Shown here: positions 37,801-51,757 of the stretch, in pieces | Position numbering within the stretch: the stretch's first letter is position 1 | Layout of the letters: every line of letters begins with the position of its first letter | NCBI GenBank assembly: GCA_040437565.1 | Contig: JBDOQK010000044.1 | Coordinates: 124,001 to 188,000 of the forward strand | Source: Albugo candida | Taxonomy: Eukaryota | DNA length: 64,000 nucleotides | Reading direction: 5' to 3' | Notes under the pieces: generated by a model | What the model was told of the DNA's origin: nothing | What the model saw: the letters and a program-made list of their open reading frames with translations, nothing else | Database searches by the model: none | Position numbers and translations under genes: made by a program

Positions 37801-40800
37801 CTGATGGTAATAGATCATGCGTATTGGGCGAAGTTGAAAGTCCAGTAACTTGCCTTCTTGGTCACTTTTATATGAAAAATGCATCAGAGAGACCGCATCC
37901 TTCGTTAAGGCTTCAAAGCGTCGATGATGCATTCCTATCAATGGAACGTATAAACTGTGTTTTCCATGCGATACAGTCAGATCTCGCATGACAAAATCGC
38001 CCAAATGACCTTCCATATCGCAATTTCCAGCGGTCCAAAATTTGCCCACCATAATTGCATCTTTTGCAATCAGACTGACCAGAGATCGTTCCATTTCGTC
38101 CTTATTAAAAGTCACACTGAATTCCACGAGTGAAGTGCGAATGATCGCATACGGACGTGTCGTGTCATTGATCTTTAAAGAGGTCATAGGCGGTTCATGA
38201 GCGCTTCCCACATTTTGCATAGAGTCCAATCCGTCCTCTTGATCAAATGCTGGAATCAGATGAAGCAATCGATTGAGTAAGCCGATGGATGAGGGATTCC
38301 ATTGAACCTGTAAAGTGTTGAAATTGACATCAATGAAGCAATTCGCATCCACAGACTTCTGATTTTCTATCTCGAAATACGACGGGAAATAATTCTGAAT
38401 ATCGACGAGAAGCAGACTTTCCGATGAAGTGGAGCCTTCCTGCGACTTATCAGTAGCGATCAAATGGTGATACGGGCAAGTGATGTCGTAGAGCCCATCA
38501 ATAAGCGTCAGTGATTGTATTTCTGTGTGAATTGTGGTGTAATGTGTCCAAATATCCGCTGAGAATGTTGTTTTCCTCACAGAGAATACAAATAGCTCAT
38601 TGAATGAGAAGCTGTCAACGATGTTGACGGCGACCTCATCCAAAAAGAACTCGCAATGTGCCAATGAGACGTTTTGGGTTGATTTCGGAGAATTCGCGAC
38701 AGAATAAGACGATGCTTTGGAGACATAAGCGTCAAGAAAAAACAACTCATTTGCATGTGCTCGAGTTTCAAGCGCCTTGGACACAAAACCTCGATATAAA
38801 CGGGTCAACCTTTCGATTTGTGCTTCAGAAATTGTGATTGCAACCTTTGGCATCCCAGCTTTGATCGAAAATATCGCCTCCGAGGCACTCTGTGCCAATG
38901 CAAATTCTAAATCGATATCGTGTAAAAGCTGCTTTCGTCGATCAATTTGATTTTTTGGACCGAAAAAGACTCGCATTTCGCAAAGGTACAGCGTCCAATC
39001 TGAAGTCGATTGCGTACTTGGCAATGTATCATCGTGTATAAGCTTTGTATGACCGAGATCAATTATCGCAACCACATTGTCCTCTGTGACTGAGCCTTCC
39101 TCCACGAATACGATCACAGGTGCATTTACATCGATCAATACGTCCCAAAGCAATTTCGAGTGAGGAGCCTTTGTCGGCTCAGAGTTTTGACTCTTTGGAT
39201 CTTTGGAATGAGCAGATGTGCTTTCATTATTGTCATCATAGGAAGCGATCCATTCGGTGACAGTGGTTGTACGACGTGTCCATCTGTTTTCCTGATACTC
39301 AATAGCGTCAGTATTTGATGATATCTCACTATCCGTAATATGAAAGAACTCGAACAGGTATACCACCAAACGTGGGTCCACCATAATTCTGAGCGGTTCC
39401 GCAGACAATCGGAGTCGCACTAACGGCACTTTGACTTTGTCGCAAGCACTCGAACAATGAGAGTATTTGATTTTCAGTAAGAAACAAGCTTTACGATCAT
39501 TTTCGGTATTTTTGCTTGTGGGGGTACAAAGACGTCTGAGTGAATCGCAATCATCCGAATCGATCGTGTCGGGAATCAAAAGGTTATTCTCAGCTTCAAA
39601 TTGATCCAAATTGAGCTTTAGGCTCCATTCCAAGGTCGAGCAAATTTTCATCGTCAAATAACCACTGGATCGTACGACAACAAGTGGAGCTAAAGACCGT
39701 AAGGAGGTCTCAGCAGCTTCGTTGCATTCATGCTCTGATGGAGCAAATAGCGTCAAAGTCCATTGTTCCACTTGTAGTTTTACATGTAAAATGTCATAGA
39801 GAGGTGGTAATGACTCGAGTTGTTCCTTCTCAATCGCTTGAGCATAAGCTTCCTGTAATGCTTGTTCTGCTTCTTCGGTCAAAAGACTTGAAGCAAGCGA
39901 CTCATTTTTCTTCAGATTGCTTCCAAAAAAGTAATTGTACCAGCTTTTCTCTGTCTCTTGTTGCAATGCACTGCTTCGTAACACCTTTTGCTCGATATTT
40001 CGGATTTTTTCCTTCTCCTCTGCGAAATTGCGAACTTTGAGAATATATTCAATCGGATACACTTTTTCAAAATCCTCTAAAATCGCGACGTCCTGAGGAT
40101 GATCGGCTTTCCAGAGATTTAGTTCATACTCTAATTCGCGATTGCTCGTGGTTGTAGTCAGAGCGTTCTCGGCGGCTCGTACGTGCTCAGTATACGTCGC
40201 GATGTATAGCTTCCTATCGTTGCATGCTTGCAGTATACTCGACCACATAAACTTTCTCGAGCTTTGTGGAAGAGTTCGAGAAACGATATAATTCCACCAA
40301 TCCTTAGGTCTTGTACTGATAGAGTGCACTGGACGGCCTTGATTTGTATTCTGCTGCTGGCGATGTACAAGATCATCGTGGATCATCATAGAGGCTCTAT
40401 GCAGCATAATGACATTCTGATACTGAGTACGAGATAAAGTGATGTCTATTGAGCGAATACAAGTCTGCAAATTGTATTTGCAATCGGAATCGGTATCAAA
40501 ACTCGTTTCTCTCTTGATCAGGTATACATCCATTTGACTTGGATGTACAATAAATTGATGGCTTTTCAATCGTTCAGCATCGAGCAGTACCGTTCCCAAA
40601 TCGACTTTAGGGCTACATTTCCCTATTTCAGAAGCTGTTCGAACAATTTCCTCGCTGGTTTGTTGGATATCGTCGATGTATAAGCCAAAGCTCTCAATGC
40701 TTAGCTTTTTGAATGTATAGTCTCGGTCCACATTCTGTGTACTGGTGATGTTGACCGAAGAGGAGACTTGAAGCTTATCTTCCGCATCGCACGCCGCTAG

Positions 40801-41443
40801 CGCCAGCTTTTGAAGTGTAATTCCACAAGCAAAGGCTCTACTTCGAGGAGCGTTTACCACTTTACATGAAAAATCGTCCTCATAACGAAAATGAACATCG
40901 GTCAATGTGATCTGAATGTGCTCGATGATTCTATGGGTCAATCGCGATAGAAACGTGCTTTCATCTTCTTCTCCTTGATTATTTGCTTTTGCCAATTGGG
41001 CATGCCTTCGAATCAGCTCATACCGCTCCAACTGACTTTGCTTTCGTTTCCAAAGCGAATCGGGGTTGTCGTCATTGATGTCATCGTGCGCGATGCCATT
41101 CGGAGCCAGTAGCAGAGTCACACCTTGTATTACGATTCTTACGCTTGAAGTCGTCAGTTGATTCCAAGGTACGTATATGTTGATTTTTTTGATCGATCCG
41201 TGGATTATCCGCAACGGGAGCAATTGCAAATCTTCAAATTCTGCGAGAATCGCTTCATGTTTCAATCGAACGTTCTGTAGAGCGATTTCACCACTCCAGA
41301 ATCCTACGTGCAAAGAGTCACCACTCAATCCTTCAATGTATTTTCCCAGTTGCGATTCGAGAATCTAATTCATGCTCGTGAAAAGGATAGTCCAGAATTT
41401 GTGGAAGAGTATTACGTACCGACGCTATAATGGCTTTCGCCAT
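31852..41443 (-). CDS. VPS13: VPS13-family bridge-like lipid transfer protein (~3180 aa) with C-terminal PDZ domain; single intron 41365-41419
   Basis: Chorein-N MAKAIIAS/ILESQLGKYIEGLSGDSLHVGFWSGEIALQNVRLK..IYVPW. VAB/SHR-BD repeats (ILLRNITG, VVNRT, IVNKLP, WMINRTG, PRFLVQNLS). KVYVQYLRIDPISVVFSF. PDZ: IGLVV..PAFASGQIRVGDEIESVNG..RPVTIRF. Confidence 0.93.
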
Positions 41444-41878
41444 GGTGAGAACTCGAGATGTTTTTAACCAACTGAAAGCTTAGTGCCTAGAAGACTTGAC
41501 GTTGATTGGCTGAAGGAAGGCTCCAGACCAAGGTCGTGATTACGATATTCAACCGACATCGGTAAAAACGACCTTGAACCATGCTGAAATGGTTAACAAA
41601 AAGACATAACCGAAACAAAAGGTTTGGCGATTGGGTGTGTAGGGGTAGGTGCACTGGAAAGTTGACAAATTCTCATATCGAACATGTGTTCTGAAGGTGG
41701 CGATCTCGCATACAGCTTATAGATAAAGTCATCGTGGGTAGACCTATACCTAAGACAGCCGTTTTCTTGAAGAGGGTACAAAGACCGACCCCTATGCTTT
41801 ATATAAATTTTGTGTTATAATCGATTTCATTGCAATCATTTCAGAAAAAGAAGTGAGCAACACATTTATACAATCAAA

Positions 41879-42433
41879 ATGTATTCCAATTCCGGCGTTC
41901 ATTCCAGAATGTCGCCGACGTTTAATCCTTCCCAGTATTCTCATTCCACACCGTGTAAATATGGTGGATACGATGAACAACGGTCATCACCGCACATGTA
42001 CTCGTCTCCGGTTCTCAAAGGCCACAGTAGTAGTTATAATACACATGACCATCATTCACACCAGCGACGTGGCACTTATAATAACTCCTCGTATTCGGAC
42101 TATTACGGGTCGAATTGCTCCAATTCACGATCCTATTATCGCGATGGCAATTCTCCACAGTACAATTCTGGCGCATCTACAGCCTCATCTTCGCAAGAAA
42201 ACCATTACGGCGAAGACATGGACGAACTGGACATATATAGTACGGGTAGCAGCAGTATGATGAGAGATCCCGAAATGATGACAGTACCAACAGTACCAAC
42301 GCCAACGACCTTATCCAAGTTTGAGCATGGAAAGACCCCATCAGGACGAGTTTTGATCACAGTAGGCAACCAGACAGTAGAGTTTTTCTCTTGTGTCGTC
42401 AACGCTCCTGTACCGATCTACGTCGCGGAATAG
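41879..42433 (+). CDS. Hypothetical Ser/Tyr/His-rich low-complexity protein with a short structured C-terminal segment
   Basis: Open frame from ATG 41879, Inr-like TCATTTC just upstream, and C-terminus GRVLITVGNQTVEFFSCVVNAPVPIYVAE. Confidence 0.7.
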   Translation: MYSNSGVHSRMSPTFNPSQYSHSTPCKYGGYDEQRSSPHMYSSPVLKGHSSSYNTHDHHSHQRRGTYNNSSYSDYYGSNCSNSRSYYRDGNSPQYNSGASTASSSQENHYGEDMDELDIYSTGSSSMMRDPEMMTVPTVPTPTTLSKFEHGKTPSGRVLITVGNQTVEFFSCVVNAPVPIYVAE

Positions 42434-45400
42434 CAATTGATCATATATCGTGGCTCTTTAAAACAGAATTTTGTACGCAATAAAGCTAAATGATGTATTT
42501 TATCATGAAGAGGAAGATAAACACTGTTGCTATAGTATAAGTTCGTTTTGTCTTTACTACACAATTTATAAACACTATCTCTCAATGACTTTACATGAAA
42601 AATAATGGCGCGCGCTGTAGGCATCACAACCTTCGCGTGAGTGAATAAGACCGGTATTGCCACCGTACTTTTACTAGACGTATGCTACATCGAGACCGTC
42701 TTGCAACGGAATCGAGAGACCCAAGTCTAGCAACTTGATCGTATGTGTTTATGGTTCACTTTGGTCATGTACGTTGTCTGTCAATCAACCGAAGCTGATC
42801 CTATCAGGCCTCTGAGCAGTCTTGATACTCTACTTGATATAGCCGTCAAGTAGTCGACTATTATGCTATTCAAATGCAGTCAAGAGAGAGAATACACGTT
42901 GCATTGAAAGTTTGATAGATATAATCGAGTGGATCAAATGCTAAGTAGCTTTACTATGAAACCTTGGATGATGACAAATTGACACATTAGTTTCCATGTT
43001 TCCCACGCCACACATTCTAGGGTTGCTACAACTCAAGCCCTACACAGAACACCTTACAATAATCTTATGCTATATTTCTCTGTTATGGAACAATAAATAA
43101 GGAATGTGACACAGAAGGCTTTATCAGCTCGAAATTAATTAGCAATCGAGCAGCTAGTGCGAAGGTTGATGTGATAGCGCTATTATCTGTTTCGCCAGCT
43201 AGAGTCTTCTGCGTTTCAAATGTATTGCCATTACGGCATGTATTCAGATTGAATCGAAGCTCTGCAAAGCGAGTCTAGTCCATATAGTTTCTGAAGTAGT
43301 CTCCCTCTCTCCATGAATGAAATTGCGGTTTACGTGCTTGAACCCACTCGCAAATTGGTTTGACGGAACATCCCGTACCGTGGGGCCCTTTACCGTACCG
43401 GTTTAAAAACTATCGCCACGTTGTCAATAGATCACGTGGCAAAAGCGAAGGATTCGTGGAAGAGGACCCATCGTTCTGACTTTACAGAAAGGATGTAAAA
43501 GCGTCGCAGTGCCCATCAAAATGTCACTGGAATTGACCGGTCAGCGGAGGCGGAATGATAATAGGGACCGAGTTTGGAATTGTAAATTTGTAAATGTTTG
43601 CAAATTGTGGGTCCAAATACCTGAGCAATACTGATGCAATAATTACAATCTTCATCTGATTAACAAAAATGTCCTCAGGAGGTGTGTATGTACATTCGCC
43701 TCACACCTCCTGCAAATGCAAACCAGTCGATCCTATTCAGATCCACAAGTAATGGGGCTGATTTCTGTATCGCGAAAAGTCGAAATACGCATTCAGCTGA
43801 TAAGGCTAGCACCTGATAAACCTTGTACATAAAAGAATCACCACTGTATTGATCAGCTGATCAAAGGATCGATAAATGAGTGTAGAAATAGCACACTCAA
43901 GAGCGGGAGATCAACTTGTGTTTGCATCGCCACTCGCCACAACGTGTCAATGAGATACAAAGGCTCGACATCCACTACAGAAAATGACTGATATGACTGC
44001 GATAGCTTGATAGATGACGCAGAAGGGATTGGAAATGGTGCACAAATATGCGTTGTCGCTTATTTATATATCGGCAAAAGCACCCTGCGACTGTCTCTCG
44101 CTTTTGATCCAACGCACATGTATCGCTCTCGTCTCCGTAACATAGTGATTGTAAGTGATCACTATCAGCATTGATAAAGTCGAGGGATATGAAACCTTTT
44201 GGAAGTTTGGCGAATGCTAAAAAAATGGGATCTCATTGAGTATTCTTAATCATCTTTCAGAGCTACAAATCACTTTTTACTGAGCGCATACTCGCTCGAT
44301 AGATTCCTGGATTATGCGTGAGAATTCTCGGTCTCCTTTTCTCAAAAGAGAAAGTTTGTACTAGTAATGAGAGTTTTTCTCAAGTGTCTGATAACACGCT
44401 CTTCAAACGTCGCTAGCTGCCATTGCCCACATCGCTATCAATTGGTATCGATCACCTTGTACCTACTCGGTGAAGTCAATACAGTTATGGGCATGATTAT
44501 AGAAATTGTAAGGTTCAAGGTCGATATCTTACAAACTAAGCCACAATAAGAAACCGCTGGCAGTGCTTGCACGTCGGAACCATACACCAAGCACATCGTA
44601 GAAAATCTGGGCTAGAGTTGTCATTACAATTGTGTGAATCAATGCCAAGCTGTTAGCAGGCGTTGATCCCAATAAGTTTGGATTTTGGAATACAACATGG
44701 TCGATTTACTACTAATGGTAGAAAAGAATAGAATAAAAAATATAACGTTACTGAGTGCGATGCTTATCGGATTCCACGATAGCAAGCTAAAATTGTTCGT
44801 GAAAAAGATACCAGCTGTATAGCATAGGTTATTCGTATGTTTGATCGCATCAGAAAATATAGCACGGAGAGGATTGGCTGGTTTCATTAAATGAAGTGGT
44901 GGACGGTGTAATGTTTTATCAGCTGTGCGTTTTGTGTCGACGTACAAAACGCGAAGCAGCCGATGCATCTTTTCCAGCATTCAATTCTGACGCAAATAGA
45001 TACGTTGTTTGAATCCTTCGATAGATTTCTCAAAGTGAATGATTCGAATGCGATTCTATTCCCCCATGAGTAAACACGTCATGTATGCCTGTAGGGACGT
45101 ACCTTACTCGCACGAATGCTTCCTGGTCTTTTGACGGACCTATTTCGGAACAAATTGCTCCAATCCATGCTTCGACATTTCTCCGTAATGTGCTTTCACA
45201 ACGTCAAAGGAAATCCGATCGGGTCTATAGTTGCATCAATCGGATCTTGATACATTCTGTATAGCAAGGTGATTGCCAAGAGACGTTGTGATCAATAAAA
45301 GATACCTCTGTCGAGTTAAACTTCGGACTCGATTCTCAAACATTAGCCACACGTCTCCAAATCAAAATGAAAAACGCGGTTGTTAATCCGTACACACACA

Positions 45401-46073
45401 TCTGTAGATGAGTACTCTTCACGTGCTTAATCGCTTCCGCTATCTCATTGATGTTGCTCTTCTGACTCGCGTGAAAGCTGATTGAAATCCATGTGCTTAT
45501 TTTGATTTACTGAACACGAACATGAATGTGCTGAGTCGGGTTTGAAGCTACTAGTATCGCTCATCAATCCTCCCGATGTTCTATAAATTTCGCAAAAATT
45601 TCTCCCGAGCTCGATACCATAGTGCCATACATTGGTAATATTCTTGCCGGCAAGGGATGATATAAGAAACCAGTGGACGTAAAAATCACCCAGAGGGTTT
45701 CCTCACATGTTTCACGTGATGAAAAAAGGAGATACCTCCTGAAGTCCCTACACCGACACTCCGCATAAGTGTTGGATACAGTGGAGAGCTTTTTGCGTAA
45801 TAGAGAGAGGTTTTAGACTGCATTTTTGATTGTGATAGAATGGAAGCAGTTGAACGTAACGTGATAAACTGAAGTGACTTCGTTGAGTGTGATCGTGGAA
45901 ATTAGTTTCTTTTACGAAAGAGATAAAATATTTTGATAAGATATGGTCGATGAAATGAAAATTGCTTTTATAGAATCCATTGACAGTTACTTTGAGCGCT
46001 GAAATGTTGTTCCACGTCGGAATTTCGAGAAATTCAGCAATCGCGATAAAACGGACCAGCTATCAGTCCTGTT

Positions 46074-46730
46074 TCACTTTTGCATACCGACAGGGGGGCT
46101 TTGTAGATTTTTTTGATTGACAGAAGCTTTTGATGAAGTGCTTATCAGCATTATTGCAGATATCACAATACCATTTCTCTTTACACAGCTACTTCCATCA
46201 CTTTGCTCACAATTGAAGTAGCACAATCGGATGCAGCTATCTTTACTGGTATGCCGATGGAGTACTGGACTCAATGATCGTTCTTGTACAATGTAGAAGG
46301 CTCTAGACATGTATATCAACTCGATGAACGCAATGGATCTGGATGCTTTACTTTTCTTGTTTTATACTTCTGAAGCCACCACGAACTAACATCTATGAAC
46401 ATTGCTCCCATAAAAGGGAGCTCTTGGCGGCCAGCTGATTTCATGAGATAGAGAAGATCTCCGCCCATCTTAGGAGTGCCCATGTGCTTCTATCCTTGTC
46501 GGGGTTTGCACAAACTGGGTAAGCTTTGCAGTGAATCAAATTGATACAGTATTCGAGCCCTGTAGTAGCTGTAGAGCATTCTTCAATTGATTTCGCCAAG
46601 CAGAAAAATAACCTACTATGATCGGAAGGTGAGATGTTACGACTTTCATGTGTTATCAATGACACAAGCCCACCGCTCCTCTTACAACCGTTTCTTAGTG
46701 AGAGTGATCTGTTTATGTTTTTATGCATAG
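46074..46730 (-). mobile_element. Degraded copia RT/RNase H remnant
   Basis: Peptides AKSI..GLEY..KAY..DKDRST, AFIELIYMS and KDSCIRL occur in the order of copia RT-RNase H motifs, with frameshifts. Confidence 0.4.
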
Positions 46731-47199
46731 CTACAAATCCACATATACGTTTGCTGCAGGGAAAAATCGATAGTCGCCGAACCAGCTAGCGCACTAGTTC
46801 ACGCTTTCGAAATATTCTATTAAATGACTCCAGTCGATCACATTTTCAAGACCGAACTACGGTATGGCTATACTTACCATCCTACGGTGCTGGTGCAGTT
46901 GGAACAACTTGCACTTGTAAGCTTGCAGGAGACGAATGAATATACTCAGATAAAGTCGGAGAGAATATTCCGATGAAATTGACCGCGGAGCCTCTTTCAA
47001 TCAGTTCAACGAAAAGTAGTAACAGTCTTCTTTACTGATCACAAGTTTAGTACACACGCTTAGTACTTACGAAGACGACTTTTTATAACCACAAATGTGA
47101 TTTTATAACAGAAAAGACGCTGTAACAGGAGGAAGGCAGTGGCTTTCGGCCGATAAAGATTCTACTATGCTATACTCTTCAACCGCAATAGCTTTTCTG

Positions 47200-48974
47200 G
47201 TCAGAGTGCCTGGAAAGCGTTTTTGGAATCGATCTCCATGAGTTCACCTATTTCATCAGCTCTGGACTTTTTCCACCGTTGTGTGACGCTTTTGGTAAAA
47301 ATGTGCCGCCTCTTTCGAAGTGGCCACCTCTTTGGTATCCGTGTCTCCACGGAAATAGCTTGGATGCGGTTTCCATGCTCCGGATTGGCAACCGCTTTTA
47401 CTTCTTCGATTTCCACCTCCATAGTTGCGAGCACAGCAAAGCAATGACTGGTCGCCAACTTAGGAAGCGCATGAGGTGGTGAATTAAATAACATTTGTTG
47501 AAACGCCTAAACCCGATTACAGTTTGCCTCGTGTCTAAGCCAAATGCATGTAGAAATCCTTGTCCCACTCCACCCGTGGATATGAGGATGATCGACTTTA
47601 CAGTTGTAGGATGGGACAAAAGGGCTTCAATAAGTCTTGTATCCGTGGTGGTGTGATAGTGAGAGGATTCCTGAGCTCCAACGAGATTTGATCGGAGAAT
47701 CTCCATTCAGGTTGACTCGCCTCCAATTCCTGGCAGGGAACTGGCCTCATTACCGTTGTTGGTGCCACCACAAGTGCTGTTGGCCCGGTTTTTTGTTTTT
47801 AATTGTGTGGTTTTGTTGGGTTTGATGCTGATTTAGATTCTGATTTTGGTTTTGGTTTTTCTGTCTGTTTTTTTGTTACTGTGCCCCTGTGGCTGATGCT
47901 GCTCCCAAAGCCAAGCAATAAGGACAATTCCGAACAAAACGCGGTCGTTCTGAAGGGATCAGAGCATGTTTATCCCTTGCGGTATAGAGCAGCTTCCCGT
48001 GTGCAATTTGCTGACATAATTTTCCTATGCGGACCAACTGTGGAGGGCACGTTGGAGTACTAAAGTACAATTTCCACGTCGCCATCACGACTTCAATACA
48101 TGGAACAGTTTTTTTGAAAGTAGAAATGACTCATGGACATACTAGACCGTGAAGGGAACGGAACGTAAGATGATGATCCGTTCTTTCTCCGTCCCCTCGC
48201 TAAATACGTCGATGAAGTATATGGATTTAGGAGAATCGTACTCCCAAAGAAAGAAGTGAGCCTCGAAGATGGTAGCTGGCTGGAACTCCAGCTGTTGACA
48301 TGCATCATCGGTGAAAATCGTCACCCGAAGGCATTTAAGACACTAGAGCGATGGTTCTTCTCCTTGTTGGGCTCTCTAGAACTGGATTCCCATGATCTTT
48401 CATTAGGGAGGACAGAACCTTTTCATTTGGTGAAATGCACCAACGCTTGACGTATACCCAGAATGATGTGACAGGTGGCCTTTGAGACCTCAATAGGCTT
48501 CACTGCCACCAATTTTGCAGCCAAGACCAATCACTCTGGATGCTTTTCATCATATACAATTTCATTAAAAGCCTCGATTTCAGAGGCTTTTAGCTTTGGG
48601 AACTCCAAGCGGTAATGCGCTTGCGCCCGAGCCTTATCTTTTCGTAAGGCCTCTTGGGACTTGGAAAGTTCCGCCATGGACGGCATTTTGTTTTCGTCTA
48701 TAATACCATGACCACACTGAACCGTCTCAACTGGTGTGGGGGTAATTTCCACGTCATCGCACAGGAGTGATGACTCATCCAAAATCATGCAGTCAACCGA
48801 AGCCGGATGACACATGAGGATTGCCACGTCACTACAACTGGACGCTAGCACCCTGGGCTGTGTCGATATGTTGACTTAAACAATTGTTTCGAGAGGGAAG
48901 AGTTGAAAAAGTAGTTTTTCGAGCTGTCTGCACTAAATTGGCGGGTTACGTAGTAGCCGGCTAGTTCAGAAATG
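47200..48974 (-). mobile_element. Degraded retroelement 5' region (gag-like/protease-like remnant)
   Basis: Broken ORFs including a CPYC knuckle-like remnant. The 5' part (48731-48974) has a diverged inverted copy at 51412-51657. Confidence 0.5.
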
Positions 48975-50817
48975 TTTGGGTTTGCTTAGATGATGAAACA
49001 TTGTTTTGCAAGTCGGATCTCGCTAGTTCGATTGCCGGTAGTGTGGGAAGTGATTTGAGCCTACCCTAGCGAAAGCGTGAACATTTTATTTCTTACCGTA
49101 AACCTAAGTGAGCAGTCGTACGGCAACGTCAGGCACTAAATAGGTAAAGGTAGATAGGTAACCCCCCCACGATGAACTGTATAATGAAATACCAGACATC
49201 ATCCTAGCCCTATCTGAATGGCTATGTTTGGTTTAGTGTGGTGGGCTTCATTTATGGAACTGTCAACAACAAGACACATCAATAAAGCCAATAGGTGTTG
49301 TTTGGATTCTTTTGATTGTACGATTGTACGATCAGAAGTTGACATTCTAGGATTATAAAGTCACCAGTTAGTCTCATTCTACTAATGTGAGCACTTCAAC
49401 TGATCTTGGCTCTACGAGCCGCACATCAAATGCATATGCTATTCGCGGCCCAGATTCTACGCACCAGGCGGTAGTAGAGAAGATGCCATCAGACTCATGA
49501 GAATGAGTTGTAGCATTTACCCGTGTCAATTCAGAGATTAAGTAGACAATCAGTGTGTACACTTATAAGCGCTGCTAGTTGTAACTTGCGACTGTGCTCA
49601 ATCAATGTGGAGAATTAGTGTGGAGTTAGATCGGTGATCAAATGGGTTGAAGATATCCACGTACGTTGTCGAGGGTCAACATCTATATAATGGTTGTTGA
49701 TGGTGATATCTGGTATCCTCTGTCCATCTTTAATGTCGATAAATTACCAGGGACAGACGGATATAATTCTACCGTTTTGAAGAATTGACGATGCGACGAT
49801 CTTTCCATCAATGAGCCGATAAAGGCATATAACGGATTTAATTATATAGGTCTTTTTTCGAATGCCATATCAGCGAGCCTCAACGACAGCTTTTTTCGCA
49901 TGAAGCGTTGGAGGCAATCTCTATCCATGATGTGGTAAAAGCTATTTTAAAGTCAGTTACTCTACTTCTTGCATAGACCTCAAATGCTACAAAACTAAAA
50001 TATGTTGCATCTTAAAGAAAAACATTTGGAGCCCGCAAATCGGATACTTTCAAAGTGCCTATCAAAAAGCAAGATGAAGGCAAAGCCTTCAAAACTTGAC
50101 GGCTTTGCCTTCATCTTGCTTTTTGATAGGCACTTTGAAAGNNNNNNNNNNNNNNNNNNNNNNNNNNNNNNNNNNNNNNNNNNNNNNNNNNNNNNNNNNN
50201 NNNNNNNNNNNNNNNNNNNNNNNNNNNNNNNNNNNNNNNNNATCTATATAATGGTTGTTGATGGTGATATCTGGTATCCTCTGTCCATCTTTAATGTCGA
50301 TAAATTACCAGGGACAGACGGATATAATTCTACCGTTTTGAAGAATTGACGATGCGACGATCTTTCCATCAATGAGCCGATAAAGGCATATAACGGATTT
50401 AATTATATAGGTCTTTTTTCGAATGCCATATCAGCGAGCCTCAACGACAGCTTTTTTCGCATGAAGCGTTGGAGGCAATCTCTATCCATGATGTGGTAAA
50501 AGCTATTTTAAAGTCAGTTACTCTACTTCTTGCATAGACCTCAAATGCTACAAAACTAAAATATGTTGCATCTTAAAGAAAAACATTTGGAGCCCGCAAA
50601 TCGGATACTTTCAAAGTGCCTATCAAAAAGCAAGATGAAGGCAAAGCCTTCAAAACTTGACGCTTTGATACATAGAAAGGCGAGCTCACATGCAGCACTG
50701 GATCCGAATGTAATCGGTTCTCCCTGCATATCTTAAATCAAATGCTCCATCCAGTTTATTGCTAGCTAGAATGCGTGATTTCCATCAAGACAGTGTCATT
50801 TCCTGGTTCATGGTACT

Positions 50818-51060
50818 TTGTCAAGGATTTCATGACACCGTTTATCTGGTTCTTTAACGACCTTCCTTATCCCTATCATGAGCTCCTGACCGTGTAAATG
50901 TCATTTAAGTCGGACTTCAAACCTAGGGAGGCAGATATTTTCCAAGCTTATTGCTTGGGTGGGCTCAAACCGCTGCCACACTGCCGGGGATCGATCTAAC
51001 GACCTCTGGAAGGGGCTCCGTGCGCTCCAGTGCTTAATCGACTGAGCTGGGTACGGACCC
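50818..51060 (-). mobile_element. tRNA-derived SINE-like element (~243 bp) with 16-bp target-site duplication
   Basis: The minus-strand 5' end has an A-box-like AGCTCAGTCGATTAAGCA and a B-box-like GGTCGTTAGATCGATCCC. The direct repeat CCTGGTTCATGGTACT flanks it at 50802-50817 and 51061-51076. Confidence 0.75.
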
Positions 51061-51411
51061 CCTGGTTCATGGTACTCGTGTACCAGTGGGTCAAGCTTGT
51101 AAGAGAATCGCCGACTCGTGCTGTATAATATATGGCTGTTTGAATCGTCAGAATCTTTTTAGCTATTGTTTAACTTTTGGCGATTATGTTGGTCGCGTCA
51201 GATGCGAATCTTTGAGATCCTATATTGAATCATTGCTTCTGTATGGCTCTAAAAACAATTCTTCGTGCACCGTACTATAAGAAAGGATACGAAATATCTT
51301 GATCTCAGATAGAGTATATATCCTAGATTTGGAAATCTTTCAGTCAGCTTTCCCTTGATTGATCTTACTTGTCGCGTTGAAAATCTACCAGTTTTTTACT
51401 GTACTCACACT

Positions 51412-51657
51412 CACTTCTCAACTTGCCGGCTATACGTAACCCGCTAATTTAGTACAAAACAACTCGAAAAACTGTTTTTTTCAACTCTTTCCTCTCGAAA
51501 ACAATGGTTCAAGTCGACTAATCGACACAACCAAGGGTGTTCGCGTTCACTTGTAGTCACGTGGCAGCCCTCATTAGTCACCCTGTTCTGGGTGATTGCA
51601 TGATTGTTGATGGGTCATCACTCCTGTCTGATGACGTGGAAAGTAGCCCACCCCCAG
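51412..51657 (+). repeat. Diverged copy of the 48731-48974 repeat, in opposite orientation; truncated by a gap
   Basis: Aligns by eye along its whole length to the reverse complement of 48731-48974. The peptides match (DCMIVDGSSLLSDDVE vs DCMILDESSLLCDDVE). Confidence 0.85.
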
Positions 51658-51757
51658 NNNNNNNNNNNNNNNNNNNNNNNNNNNNNNNNNNNNNNNNNNN
51701 NNNNNNNNNNNNNNNNNNNNNNNNNNNNNNNNNNNNNNNNNNNNNNNNNNNNNNNNN

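Noticed and set aside
31894-41368. Numerous short antisense or alternate-frame ORFs within VPS13 and other long genes
   Set aside because: Shadow ORFs with no recognisable motifs.
50048-50141. Perfect ~41-bp hairpin (inverted repeat)
   Set aside because: It sits at a contig end, and the overlapping copy (50608-50670) continues without the inverted arm. Probably a fold-back or chimeric read artefact.
50970-51060. Possible tRNA gene
   Set aside because: The A/B boxes are degenerate, I see no convincing cloverleaf, and it is flanked by a TSD. Treated as a SINE head.
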